In this document: positions 63,565 through 64,000 of the stretch, piece after piece
Layout of the letters: each line of letters starts with the position of its first letter
Position numbering within the stretch: position 1 is the first letter of the stretch
DNA from: Ramazzottius varieornatus
Lineage: Eukaryota > Animalia > Tardigrada
Length of the DNA: 64,000 nucleotides
Direction of reading: 5' to 3'
Assembly (NCBI GenBank): GCA_001949185.1
Contig: BDGG01000012.1
Span: forward strand, 1,046,973 to 1,110,972
Notes under the pieces: generated by a model
The model's database searches: none
Seen by the model: the letters and a program-made list of their open reading frames with translations, nothing else
Told to the model about the DNA's origin: nothing
Position numbers and translations under genes: made by a program

Positions 63565-64000
63565 GGTGATGGATTAGGACTTTACCACCAAAATAAGCTC
63601 ACATCCCTTCTATACTGTAGCATCGGTATGAGGCTCCAGATGTCGCCGCCCATGGGAGTTACTGCAATCTACACTCAGCTAACGTCAAGGTCAATTTCAA
63701 ACAGAATATAATCAAATGATAGAAATCAAGGCTACTCTCCACACGACGTAAATGCTCAATGGACCGGAAACGTGATCAAGTACCACTAATCCCACTCGAC
63801 CGCACCATTCTTCGGACGTGAGGCCTTCCGAAAGTTAAAAGGGGAAGTACAGTACGAAAAGTTTCACGGGCCTCCTCAAATGGAATACGAGTCAAAAGAA
63901 GATGTATGACGGGGAACTTGAAAGAGAAAGCCACTCCCGCTGTGATTAACGAGGATTATGGCAGAATCTCTCCAAAGACTAGCGTCCCGCAACATGTGCT

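Overview
A gene-dense eukaryotic (animal) window with many short (~50-90 bp) spliceosomal introns, so the ORF track shows exons and fragments rather than whole genes. The compactness, intron sizes and gene content suggest a compact-genome invertebrate, most plausibly a tardigrade such as Ramazzottius; this is an inference. About 21 genes can be spliced together by eye: clathrin heavy chain (3' end), SBSPON-like, MMAB, PGAM5, HSDL2 (disabled), an orphan secreted cadherin-repeat/Pro-Gly-rich protein, 60-kDa asparaginase/lysophospholipase, a BTB-BACK pseudogene, Wnt16, a melanotransferrin-like gene, an RIIa(D/D)-domain protein, MVK, SBDS, a 4-TM protein, TYW1, a small chromo-barrel-like protein, POP5, CPSF1, CHTF18, Rogdi and a TRH-receptor-like GPCR. 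Highlights: (1) a dispersed ~120-bp hairpin family (9 units at 8 loci) whose inverted 11-bp cores are almost always exactly 25 nt apart although the copies are otherwise strongly diverged; (2) a second ~50-bp inverted-core family (ACCTGCATAC...GTATGCAGGT); (3) an intron-intact HSDL2 gene with three inactivating lesions and no PTS1; (4) a membrane-anchor-less cadherin-like protein split by a long Pro/Gly-rich insert; (5) SBDS/TYW1 and MMAB/MVK in the same divergent orientations as the human head-to-head pairs. All family assignments come from recalled motifs, not from database searches.
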